From positions 19,991-83,990 of the forward strand of contig JBBPIT010000006.1 in assembly GCA_038040175.1 (NCBI GenBank): a DNA stretch of 64,000 nt, given 5' to 3'. A program made the position numbers and the translations under genes. How positions within the stretch are numbered: position 1 is the first letter of the stretch; each line of letters begins with the position of its first letter. The notes beneath the pieces were generated by a model. The model saw only the letters and a program-made list of their open reading frames with translations, was not told where the DNA came from and did no database searches. Origin of the DNA: Pseudomonadota bacterium. GTDB taxonomy: Bacteria > Pseudomonadota > Gammaproteobacteria > Burkholderiales > JACQAP01. Of the stretch, positions 18,362 through 27,010 are shown piece by piece.

Positions 18362-19777
18362 CTACTTAATTACGCCATTGACGACGTTCTTAGAGTGCCC
18401 GACCCACGGCAGCGACCGCTTGGTACACGGCGGGAACGTGCGGCCGGGAGCCGGAGTCGAGGAGCTGAAGGTGCCGCCGAACGTCTGGTCGACCGCCGGG
18501 ATGTAGCGGATGGTCTTGATCGCGAGTTGGCCGCCCTTGGTGTAGAGCTGCGAGACGTACTGGTCCTGGACCCCCTGACGATTCTCGTCGAGCGTCAGCG
18601 TTCCATAGCCAGCATCGAGCTGGACCGTGCCGAGCGCAGCCTGTAGCTCCTTCTGGCCGCGCGAGAGGTCGCCTCCGACCGCCTGAAGGGCGATGATCAG
18701 GGCGTGAGTGTTGTTGAAGTAGTTGTAGACGAACCCGCTCGCGGCCTGCGAACCAGCCGTACCCTCGAAGGGTGGGAACTGCTTGAACCACTTGTCGATG
18801 ATCGCAGCGTACGACTTCGCCGCGGGCGTGGTCAGATCGCCGGCCGTGCCGGCGCCGCCCACATATACGCCGGCAACGCGGTTGCCAAGCTGCTCGAACT
18901 GACCGGGCGTCCCCCAGAAGAGGTTCCCCATGTGGTGCTTCGCGTCGATCGGGCCCTTGGCCTGTTCGAAGGCCTTCAGGGCCGGGATCAGTCCGGCGCC
19001 GCCGACGGCCCAGAAGTAGCCGTCTACCTCGCTCGGGTCGGGTAGCTGCTGGATGTAGGACGAGTAGTCCGTCGTGTTCAGTGGTGGGAAGACCCGCTTG
19101 GTGACCGTCCCGCCCGCGGCGCAGAACTCCGCGATGAATCCGGCCGCCGAGGTCCAGCCGAAGCTGTAGTCGTCCGCGATGACGGCGGCGGTTTTCCACT
19201 TGAGCGTATTCAAGGCGAGATCGCCCGTGCCGGCGTTGAATTGCGCGCCGTCACCGTTGAAGCGGAAGAAGTTGGGCGCCCGCACCTTGAGGGTGGTGTC
19301 CTGCGCGGCCGCGGTGCCGTTGACGAACGTCTTAGTGGGGTGCCGCTTGGCGTAGTTGGCGACCGCGATCGATTCGTCGCCCGACAGCGGGCCGATCAGG
19401 ATGTCGGCGCCGAGCTGCTCCATGAGGCGCCGTGTCTCCTTGATCGCCGTGTCGGCGGTGTCGTCCGAGCAGCCGAAGCCGACGATCTCGATCGGGTGCC
19501 CGGCGATCGAGCCGCCCGTCATTCCCGCCGACGGCTTGTTTAGGTCCTTCGGCTTCGCCCCGGCGTACTCCGCGAACGCGGCGATGGCGCCGCCGATGTC
19601 CTGCTCGTGGAACGCCCCGAACGCACCCTTGCAGTCGGAGAGGATGCCGATCTTGATCGACGTGGCCCCGGTCTGGCCGGCGGCGCTCCCTGCCGTGACC
19701 GTCGCGCCGAACGCGATGACGAGCAGGGGAAGCCCGCCCGTCAGCCAGACCCGGCGGCCCTTTGCGATGTACCTCAT
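18362..19777 (-). CDS. ABC transporter substrate-binding protein (type I PBP, LivK-like but ~470 aa)
   Basis: The start is placed at MRYIAKGRRVWLTGGLPLLVIAFGATVTAGSAAG, a signal peptide preceded by AAGGA. The track ORF extends to 19957. Confidence 0.82.
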   Translation of the reverse strand: MRYIAKGRRVWLTGGLPLLVIAFGATVTAGSAAGQTGATSIKIGILSDCKGAFGAFHEQDIGGAIAAFAEYAGAKPKDLNKPSAGMTGGSIAGHPIEIVGFGCSDDTADTAIKETRRLMEQLGADILIGPLSGDESIAVANYAKRHPTKTFVNGTAAAQDTTLKVRAPNFFRFNGDGAQFNAGTGDLALNTLKWKTAAVIADDYSFGWTSAAGFIAEFCAAGGTVTKRVFPPLNTTDYSSYIQQLPDPSEVDGYFWAVGGAGLIPALKAFEQAKGPIDAKHHMGNLFWGTPGQFEQLGNRVAGVYVGGAGTAGDLTTPAAKSYAAIIDKWFKQFPPFEGTAGSQAASGFVYNYFNNTHALIIALQAVGGDLSRGQKELQAALGTVQLDAGYGTLTLDENRQGVQDQYVSQLYTKGGQLAIKTIRYIPAVDQTFGGTFSSSTPAPGRTFPPCTKRSLPWVGHSKNVVNGVIK

Positions 19778-19859
19778 GATGGTGTCCTTTCTTTGTCGAA
19801 GCGACGAGGTGTTTTCGTCGCAGTCTGGGCGAACCTTGATGGTAGGTACATGCGGCGTC

Positions 19860-20909
19860 TTACATCGGCTCCCCGGCGCCCTCCCTCGCGACCCCGCTGC
19901 CGCGCAGGCGCCGCCGCACGGCCTCGCGGGCCGACTCCCAGCAGCCGAGAATACCATTCTGCGAAGCTAGCACGATCAGCAGGAAGATCGCGCCGATGAC
20001 GGTGTGGAAGCGACTCTCGTCGATGCCGATGTGCTCCAGGAAGGGGACCCGCCTGATGTAGTTCGAGATCAGCACGAAGGCGAACGCGCCGAGCCACGCG
20101 CCCTCGAGCCGATACAGGCCGCCGATGACGGCGATCGCGAGGAGGTCGAGCGTCGCTGCTAGGCCGATGGAGCTCGGGTCGACGTGTCCGTTCCACCAGA
20201 CGTAGATCACGCCGGAGAGGGACGCGATGAACGCCCCGACGCCGAACGCGAGCATCCGGTGGAGAGCGACGTTGTAGCCAAGCGAACTCATCCGCACGGG
20301 GTCGTCGCGCACGCCCTGAAGCACGCGCCCGAACGGCGTCCGCAACACGTATCTGATCAGGACGTAAACGGCGAGCGCGACGATCAGCGCCGTATAGTAG
20401 AGGCGGAACGGGTGCATCTCCGGCAGCCCGATCAGTTCTGGCGGGTAGATCGAGCTGATGCCCCCGAAGCCGGAGAAAGTGACCACCTGGCCGAAGAAGT
20501 AGTTCGCGATCACCGCGTACGTGAGCGTGATCATCAGGAAGTAGATGCCGGTGCTCCGGCTCGCCAGGGCGCCGAAGATGAGGCCCACCAGCGTCGTGAT
20601 CACGATCGCGAGGAGGGCGCCGAGCCACGGGTTCCAGCCGAGATTGAGGCCCTGGCTCTCGCCCGTGGTGACCACGTTCCCGAGCGTGAACCCGGCGATG
20701 CCGTAGAGCGCGACCTGCGCGAGCGAGACCATCCCGCCGTAGGCCGAGAGGAAGATGAGGCTCGCCGCCGCGATCCCGAGCCAGAGTGTCTGGGTGAGGA
20801 TGAAACTGACGAAGAAGGGACTGAAGAGCAGGGGCGCGAGGACAGCCACGACGATCACGCCGATCCCGATCGTCCGCTCGATGCTCGGCAAGGGACGGAA
20901 CCGCCTCAC
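19860..20909 (-). CDS. livM: branched-chain amino acid-type ABC transporter permease (LivM-like)
   Basis: Polytopic membrane protein. A GTG at 20909 overlaps the livH-like stop (GTGA). The track ORF extends further upstream in the same frame. Confidence 0.82.
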   Translation of the reverse strand: MRRFRPLPSIERTIGIGVIVVAVLAPLLFSPFFVSFILTQTLWLGIAAASLIFLSAYGGMVSLAQVALYGIAGFTLGNVVTTGESQGLNLGWNPWLGALLAIVITTLVGLIFGALASRSTGIYFLMITLTYAVIANYFFGQVVTFSGFGGISSIYPPELIGLPEMHPFRLYYTALIVALAVYVLIRYVLRTPFGRVLQGVRDDPVRMSSLGYNVALHRMLAFGVGAFIASLSGVIYVWWNGHVDPSSIGLAATLDLLAIAVIGGLYRLEGAWLGAFAFVLISNYIRRVPFLEHIGIDESRFHTVIGAIFLLIVLASQNGILGCWESAREAVRRRLRGSGVAREGAGEPM

Positions 20910-22030
20910 GCCGCCCTCCCGAACAGGCCGTACGGGCGAAAGGCGAGCACAACCGCAAGCAGGGCGAACGTGAAGATGACTGAGTAGAAGGTGTAGTCCT
21001 GCGGCAGGTATGCGGCGGAGAAGCTGGTGACGAGGCCGTAAAGCAGTGACCCGACGGCTGCACCGCCGAGCGACCCCATGCCGCCGATGATTACGACCAC
21101 CAGCGAGTTCAGGAGCCACTGGCCGTCCACGCCTGGCGCCAATCCGGCGAAGGAGCCACCGATGACACCGCCGATGCCGGCGAGCGCCGAGCCGACGAGG
21201 AAGGCGATCGCGAAGGTGCGCTGGATGTTAATGCCGAGCGCCGAGACCATCGCAGGGTCGTCCACGCCGGCCCGAATCACCATTCCCGTCCTCGTCTTCT
21301 TCAACCAGAGCCAGAGCAGCCCTCCGACGGCGATCGCGAGCCCGAGGATGAAGAGGCGCGTGACCGGGTAGGTGATCCCAAAGAGGCGCAGGTTCACGAA
21401 GGTGTCGAGTGTCCGCGGCCAGGAGATGTCCTGTGCGATGCCGCCGAAGTGGGCGAGCATCTGGTCGGCAAGGATGATCGAAAGTGCGATCGTGATCAAC
21501 GCCTGCCGCAAGTCCTGTCCTTGATTCCAGCGCAGCAAGAACTGCTGTGTGACGAGCCCGCTAGCCGCGATGATCGTGGCGGCGATGAGCATTGGAAGCA
21601 CCCAGTTCGCGAGGCTCACTTGGTCGCTCATCAGACCGAAGGCGGAGTCGCCGCCGACGAATTCCCGCTGCAGCCGCAGCGCGATGTAGCCGCCGAGCAG
21701 GAAGAAGGAGCCGTGCGCCAGGTTGACGACGCGCATCAGGCCGAAGATGAGCGTGAAGCCGCTCGCGACGACGAAATAGAGGCCGGCGGCAGTGACGCCG
21801 TTCAGCAGTGTGATGACGAAGTCCTTCGGGTTGTCGATCGCCGGGCCCAAGGACGTGTTGCTGGCGATGAAGAGCACCCAGACGACCGCGAACAGTATCG
21901 CCGCCGCGGCCGTCCCGAGCGCGAGGTAGTGCGGTAGCTGGGCCCGAATCTGCTGTATATGAGGACGCTGACGCCGCAAGGCTGCCCGAACCGAACCAGG
22001 CCGTTCCGGGCTTTCAATAGGTGTCCGCAT
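20906..22030 (-). CDS. livH: branched-chain amino acid-type ABC transporter permease (LivH-like)
   Basis: Polytopic membrane protein. Its ATG directly abuts the TAG of the upstream 1124-aa gene. Confidence 0.82.
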   Translation of the reverse strand: MRTPIESPERPGSVRAALRRQRPHIQQIRAQLPHYLALGTAAAAILFAVVWVLFIASNTSLGPAIDNPKDFVITLLNGVTAAGLYFVVASGFTLIFGLMRVVNLAHGSFFLLGGYIALRLQREFVGGDSAFGLMSDQVSLANWVLPMLIAATIIAASGLVTQQFLLRWNQGQDLRQALITIALSIILADQMLAHFGGIAQDISWPRTLDTFVNLRLFGITYPVTRLFILGLAIAVGGLLWLWLKKTRTGMVIRAGVDDPAMVSALGINIQRTFAIAFLVGSALAGIGGVIGGSFAGLAPGVDGQWLLNSLVVVIIGGMGSLGGAAVGSLLYGLVTSFSAAYLPQDYTFYSVIFTFALLAVVLAFRPYGLFGRAA

Positions 22031-25000
22031 CTACCTCAGTTCCACGAGCATGGCCTTCGCCTCCTTGAGGTCCTTGGTGTCAAACCCTTCCGTAAACCAA
22101 AGATAGATGGGCTCGAGCAACTCGAGCGCCTCTTTGCGCCGGTTCTGGCTCTTCAGCAGCCTGGCATAGCTGGTGGCAGCGCGCAGTTCCCAGGATTTCG
22201 CCTGTTGCTGGCACGAGACCTCCAGCGAAGCGACGAACTCGGCTTCGGCTCGTGCCTCATCACCGCCAAGCTGGAGTATCCATCCCTTCACCCTTAGCGC
22301 TTCGGCATAGATGCATTTTTCCTCCCAGCCGGGCCGTTCGATCTGCTCCAGCGCTTCCTCGATCAAGGTCAATGCAACATCGCGCCGGCCCGAAAGTGCG
22401 GCGCTCTGCGCGTGCAGAGTCTTGTAGTACGGGATGTCGACCGCGAGTCCAACTTCCGCCCAACGAGGAATGGATTCGCGGAACAGTGCTTCCGATTCCT
22501 GCGGGCGATCCGAGATCAGCAACCATGCGGCCCGGCAGATCGGGCCGACAATTTGCTCGAAGAAATCGATCTTCTGCTCATGCACCAGCCGCTCGAACTC
22601 GTCCAGCTTCGCTGCGCAAAGTCCCGGCTCATGCCGGTAAACGTCCAGATGCTTGGCGGCGAACTGGAGCGTCCACGCCAGATCGAAAAGGTGTCCGCGT
22701 GCCCGGGTATGTCGAATGCCTTCCTCCAACGTTTGCGCTGATCTCTCCGGATAACCCAGCGCCCACTGCGCGAATGCGTGGTAAACGAGCGCCCAGGACT
22801 TGGGATCGACCGTCAACATATCCGCAAGATGGCGGTGACGGACCGGGTCATAGCGCGTAAGGATGGCCTCGGCGTGCCGGCTGATCGACGCAAACTCTCC
22901 AAGGAAATAGGAAGTCGTTTCCACTTGGGTGTGACCCATCAGACGCATGTCATCAAGATCGCTCCTTTCCCCTTCATCGAGAAGTCGCTCGGCCCAGGAC
23001 ATGGACTCACGAATTTGACCTATGCACATGCGATGTATGGACAGGCCGTAAAGAATGGGCAGCATATGATCGGAGCGGTTCAAAGCCCGCTCGAGGCTCC
23101 ATGCCCGTTCCAGGTTGCTTGCCACGTTCGGGTGAGCCCAGCCCTTGTAGGCCAGCCACGCCATGCCGAGCGTCGTACACAGCTCCAACTCGTGTGCGTC
23201 CCGGCCGGGGGACTCCGGCACCTGCTGAAGCAAACTCATGCCGCGATCCAGATGAGCGATCGCGTCGCGAACAGCCACGCGCTGCAGCGCGAGCTGCCCG
23301 GCCTTGCGCCAGTAAGGAATGGCCTGGTCCGCCAAGCCGGCCGCGCTGTAGTGATGCGCCACCCGCTCGGGCTGCGTCGCGGCAACAGCCGGGAACTGCT
23401 TCTCCAGCACCGTCGCAATCTGCACGTGGATCTGGGTACGCCTCGCCTTCAGCAGCGAGTCGTAGGCAGCGTCCTGCACCAGCGCATGCTTGAAGACATA
23501 GACAGCCTCCGGGATGGCACCGCGCCGGAACGCCAGTCCCGATTCAGTCAGGCGCGCCAGGCCATCGTCGAGCTCGGTCCGGGGCAATGACGCGACGGCC
23601 GAGAACAGCTCGTAGCTGAACTCACGTCCGATGGCGGCGCCGATCTGTGCGATCTCCTTCACGGGCATGAAGCGATCCAGGCGCGCCATCAGCGAGTCCC
23701 TGAGCGTGGCAGGGATTGCAATGGTGTCGGCCGCGCTAGCGTAGTCGTAGCGATCCCCGAAGTCCTTCAAATTGCCGGACTCGAGGATGGACTTGGTCAA
23801 CTCTTCGACAAACAGCGGCACGCCGTCGGTCTTGGCGACAATCTGTTCCAGCAGGTCTGCCGGCAGCGCCTTGCCGCCCGCGATCTTGGAGACCATCGCG
23901 CCGCTTTGCGCCCGCGTGAGCTTGGCCAGATTCAGCGCGGTGACATGTCCGTGTTCCGACCACCGCGACTGAAACTCGGGCCGGTGGGTAAGCACGATTA
24001 GCAACGGGACATTTCTGACCCGATCGATCAGCAGGTCGAGCACTTCCAGGGTGGTGGGATCGGCCCAGTGCAAATCCTCGTACAGCATCACGCTGGGTTG
24101 TTTGTGCACGGCCGCTTCGGTGAGATCGACCAAGGTACGCAGCGTCTCATCCTTGTGCTTCTGCGGGGTCATAGGCAGCGCGCCGTAGCGCTCTTCACAG
24201 GGGATGGAAAGCATGGAGGCGATGAAGCGCACATCGCTCAGCGGCCGCCCGTAGTGGGTGACGATCAGCGCTTCGAGCTTGTCGAGCTTGGACTCGGGCT
24301 GCTCGTCACGGCCAAACTTCAGCGCCCGCTCGAAGTTGTCGATGCTGGGCCAGAAGGCGCTGTTGACGTAATAGGGCGAGCACTGGAACCGCAGCGCTTG
24401 CGCGCCCTGGCCCTCCAGGCGTTCCCGCAGCGCGCTCAGGACACGGCTCTTGCCAATGCCGGGCTCCCCCGAAAGCAGGACCACCTGGCCTTCGCCTTCC
24501 TGCGTAAGCTGCCAGCGCTCGAGCAGAAGCCCGATCTCCTGCTCGCGCCCCACCAGCGGGGTGAGGATGCCGCCGGTGGCCGCATCGAAGCGGCTTGCCG
24601 CGCCGCTCACCCCGAGGATTCGATAGGCATGCGTAGGTCGCGCCATGCCCTTCAGCGTCTGTTCACCCAGGTCCTTGTAATCGAAAGCACCGCCCGCCAA
24701 TCTTTGCACGCGCTCGCTCACCACGATGCTGCCCGGGGCTGCGATGGCCTGCAGCCGCGCAGCCAGGTTCATGGTCTCGCCCACCGCGCCCTTCTCTCCG
24801 GCCGCCACCACTACCAGCCCCGTGGCCACGCCGATACGCACCTGCAGATGCCCGGCATCCGGGACATTGAGCCGGGTCAGCGATTCGATGATTTCGAGCC
24901 CTGCACGAATGGCGCGTTCACCCTCACCTTCGTGCGCCAAAGGATAGCCGAAGAAGGCGACGATGCCGTCGCCGAGGCGCTGGAATACGTAACCCTCGTA

Positions 25001-25405
25001 GCGCGTTACACAGACCGCGCAGGCGTCTTCGTAGCTACGGATGATGCGTTGAAGCACTTCGGGATCGACGCGGGATGCGAGCTCCGTGAAGCCCACCATG
25101 TCGCAGAACAGCACGGTCAACTGGCGCCGCTCGCCCCCGGTGGCAGTGACTGCAGCGGGGCTAGGTGCAAGCTGATTTGCCTCGGCGCCGTTTAATTCGG
25201 CGATCGCCTTGAGGAGTTTCTTGCGATGTCCAAACGATACGCCAAGATCCTGCAGGTCCTTGTCACCAAGTATGCGCAGGACATCGAGGTCCACGTCGTT
25301 GTCGGCGAAGACCCGAGAGTATTGCTCGAGGCTGAGTAATTTGAGCCAACTCGAGACGGACTGCACCTTCCCCTCCCTATGGGCTTTATTTATCTTGGCC
25401 CGCAC
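22031..25405 (-). CDS. SAM-domain / class III adenylate-guanylate cyclase / STAND-type P-loop ATPase / TPR multidomain protein
   Basis: The N-terminal sterile-alpha-motif-like segment reads SWLKLLSLEQYSRVFADNDVDLDVLRILGDKDLQDLGVSFGHRKKLLKAI. The cyclase core reads TVLFCDMVGFTEL...GDGIVAFFG...ETMNLAARLQ, the Walker A reads LLSGEPGIGKSRV, and a long helical-repeat C-terminus follows. Confidence 0.85.
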   Translation of the reverse strand: MRAKINKAHREGKVQSVSSWLKLLSLEQYSRVFADNDVDLDVLRILGDKDLQDLGVSFGHRKKLLKAIAELNGAEANQLAPSPAAVTATGGERRQLTVLFCDMVGFTELASRVDPEVLQRIIRSYEDACAVCVTRYEGYVFQRLGDGIVAFFGYPLAHEGEGERAIRAGLEIIESLTRLNVPDAGHLQVRIGVATGLVVVAAGEKGAVGETMNLAARLQAIAAPGSIVVSERVQRLAGGAFDYKDLGEQTLKGMARPTHAYRILGVSGAASRFDAATGGILTPLVGREQEIGLLLERWQLTQEGEGQVVLLSGEPGIGKSRVLSALRERLEGQGAQALRFQCSPYYVNSAFWPSIDNFERALKFGRDEQPESKLDKLEALIVTHYGRPLSDVRFIASMLSIPCEERYGALPMTPQKHKDETLRTLVDLTEAAVHKQPSVMLYEDLHWADPTTLEVLDLLIDRVRNVPLLIVLTHRPEFQSRWSEHGHVTALNLAKLTRAQSGAMVSKIAGGKALPADLLEQIVAKTDGVPLFVEELTKSILESGNLKDFGDRYDYASAADTIAIPATLRDSLMARLDRFMPVKEIAQIGAAIGREFSYELFSAVASLPRTELDDGLARLTESGLAFRRGAIPEAVYVFKHALVQDAAYDSLLKARRTQIHVQIATVLEKQFPAVAATQPERVAHHYSAAGLADQAIPYWRKAGQLALQRVAVRDAIAHLDRGMSLLQQVPESPGRDAHELELCTTLGMAWLAYKGWAHPNVASNLERAWSLERALNRSDHMLPILYGLSIHRMCIGQIRESMSWAERLLDEGERSDLDDMRLMGHTQVETTSYFLGEFASISRHAEAILTRYDPVRHRHLADMLTVDPKSWALVYHAFAQWALGYPERSAQTLEEGIRHTRARGHLFDLAWTLQFAAKHLDVYRHEPGLCAAKLDEFERLVHEQKIDFFEQIVGPICRAAWLLISDRPQESEALFRESIPRWAEVGLAVDIPYYKTLHAQSAALSGRRDVALTLIEEALEQIERPGWEEKCIYAEALRVKGWILQLGGDEARAEAEFVASLEVSCQQQAKSWELRAATSYARLLKSQNRRKEALELLEPIYLWFTEGFDTKDLKEAKAMLVELR

Positions 25406-25612
25406 ACTGCCTATCGTCTCCCGCTCCCGTCAAATGACACGGGCACCCGCGGCGGCAATAAGCTTACGTCATTTGCTGAGTAAGAGGACGACGCATTCCT
25501 GGGGGAAACGCGGATGGAAACCGGAAAAGGACCAATGAGACACTCAACCTTCTCGTCTCACCAGATCAGTGCGTTGACGAAGTTCCGTCCAGATCGGGAC
25601 TGATCGAATTCC

Positions 25613-25777
25613 TCAGAACCCAGAGTCAGGTCTTGAAATATCAGAACTTAAAATGAAGTCCCAAGTGCAACCGAGAGAGGTGGGCAAGCTGAGATAGGAT
25701 CGGTGCTCCTTTAACCGGCAAATCGAAGGAGAAACGACGAAAACCTACACACAGCCCACCTGCGAGAAACGATATCA
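25613..25777. repeat. right copy of inverted repeat bracketing the 8.8-kb block
   Basis: It is the reverse complement of 16662-16816 and ends 85 nt upstream of the corA start. It contains CGAAGGAGAAACGACGAAAAC and an internal 8-bp complement, AGGTGGGC (25678-25685) with GCCCACCT. Confidence 0.85.
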
Positions 25778-25861
25778 GATGTTCGTGTTGCTCACTGTCG
25801 GAGCCCGCTATTGCCTCATGCTTTCCTTATGCGGTGCTACGATGCGCGCGAGGAGATCGTC

Positions 25862-26827
25862 ATGCTCGTCAAATGCGTCGCTTACCAGGAAGGGCGGAAG
25901 CTCGCCGACATTCAACCGCGGGAGATCCACGAGTATGTCCGCCGGCCGGAGTGCTTTATCTGGGTGGCGCTCCATGAGCCGACCGCGGAAGAACTCGAAA
26001 CGATGCAGCGAGAGTTCGGACTGCACAAACTTGCGGTCGAGGACGCGCGGCACGGCCATCAGCGGCCCAAGATCGAGGAATACGGCGATTCGCTATTCGT
26101 CGTGCTCCACACCGTGGAGCTTGCGGGCGACGAGCTGAAAGTCGGCGAAGTCGACATATTCGCCGGCCCCAACTACGTGCTCTCGGTTCGCAGCCACACC
26201 GAACGGGGATTTGCCGACGTGCGCGCGCGCAGCGAACGCGAGCCGGATCTGCTGCGCCACGGCTCGGCGTATGGGCTCTACGCGATCATGGACGCCGTGG
26301 TGGACCGCTACTTCCCCGTGCTCGACGCGCTGGAGGTCGAACTCGAGGAAGTCGAGAAGCGTATTTTCTCCGGGCAGAACAACCGCGCGATCATCGAATC
26401 CCTATACCTCCTGAAGCAGAAACTGATGACGCTCAAGCACGCCGCCGGTCCGCTTCTGGAGGCAAGCAGCAAACTTTACGGCGGCCGGGTGCCGCACCTT
26501 TGCGCGGGGCTCCAGGAGTATTTCCGCGATGTTTACGACCACCTGGCCCGGGTGAACCAGTCGATAGACATTCTGCGGGAAATGGTCACCACCGCGATAT
26601 CGGTGAACCTGTCGCTTCTGACCATCCAGGAAAACGAGGTCACCAAGCGTTTGGTCGCGTATGCCGCGCTGGTCGCGGTGCCGACCATGATCGCGGGCAT
26701 TTACGGGATGAACTTCGAGAACATGCCGGAACTGACCTGGAGCCTGGGCTACCCGATGACGGTGGCGGTTATGGTGGCGATCGACGGTTATCTCTTCTAC
26801 CGGTTCAGAAAGGCTAAATGGCTGTAA
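25862..26827 (+). CDS. corA: magnesium/cobalt transporter CorA
   Basis: It has the YGMNFENMPE (GMN) motif and two C-terminal TM helices. The ATG at 25862 is preceded by GAGGAG. The track start at 25811 is TTG. Confidence 0.9.
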   Translation: MLVKCVAYQEGRKLADIQPREIHEYVRRPECFIWVALHEPTAEELETMQREFGLHKLAVEDARHGHQRPKIEEYGDSLFVVLHTVELAGDELKVGEVDIFAGPNYVLSVRSHTERGFADVRARSEREPDLLRHGSAYGLYAIMDAVVDRYFPVLDALEVELEEVEKRIFSGQNNRAIIESLYLLKQKLMTLKHAAGPLLEASSKLYGGRVPHLCAGLQEYFRDVYDHLARVNQSIDILREMVTTAISVNLSLLTIQENEVTKRLVAYAALVAVPTMIAGIYGMNFENMPELTWSLGYPMTVAVMVAIDGYLFYRFRKAKWL

Positions 26828-26860
26828 TGCGGGGAAATCCCAGAGTCACGACCAGCACCA

Positions 26861-26896
26861 GGGAACGAACCGTAAGTCTCGGTTCTTTCCCTTATT
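26861..26896 (+). terminator. hairpin downstream of corA (weak intrinsic terminator candidate)
   Basis: GGGAACGAACCG-taagtct-CGGTTCTTTCCC (11/12 bp) followed by TTATT. Confidence 0.4.
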
Positions 26897-27010
26897 GGCG
26901 GTTCAGGATTTTCCTTCGCGTCCCCTTGCGTTGGCTCCCACGTAACCTTGAGGCTAGTGTCCGCCGCAACAAGCCGCTTCGTGGCGTGTTGTCTTTGCGT
27001 CGAATGCGGT

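Noticed and set aside
16662-25777. Composite transposon or IS-bounded element.
   Set aside because: No transposase or recombinase ORF lies inside or adjacent. No target-site duplication is present at the flanks. The repeat ends do not resemble any IS terminal inverted repeats I know. I kept it as an unexplained inverted-repeat-bracketed block instead.
25811-25861. Longer corA start (TTG at 25811), and the long N-terminal extensions in the track for ior, the substrate-binding protein, livM, phaC, the aldolase, GST, gshB, gshA and amtB.
   Set aside because: Internal ATG/GTG codons preceded by Shine-Dalgarno-like sequences coincide with the conserved family N-termini or signal peptides. The extensions overlap neighbouring genes or are Arg/Pro-rich junk.
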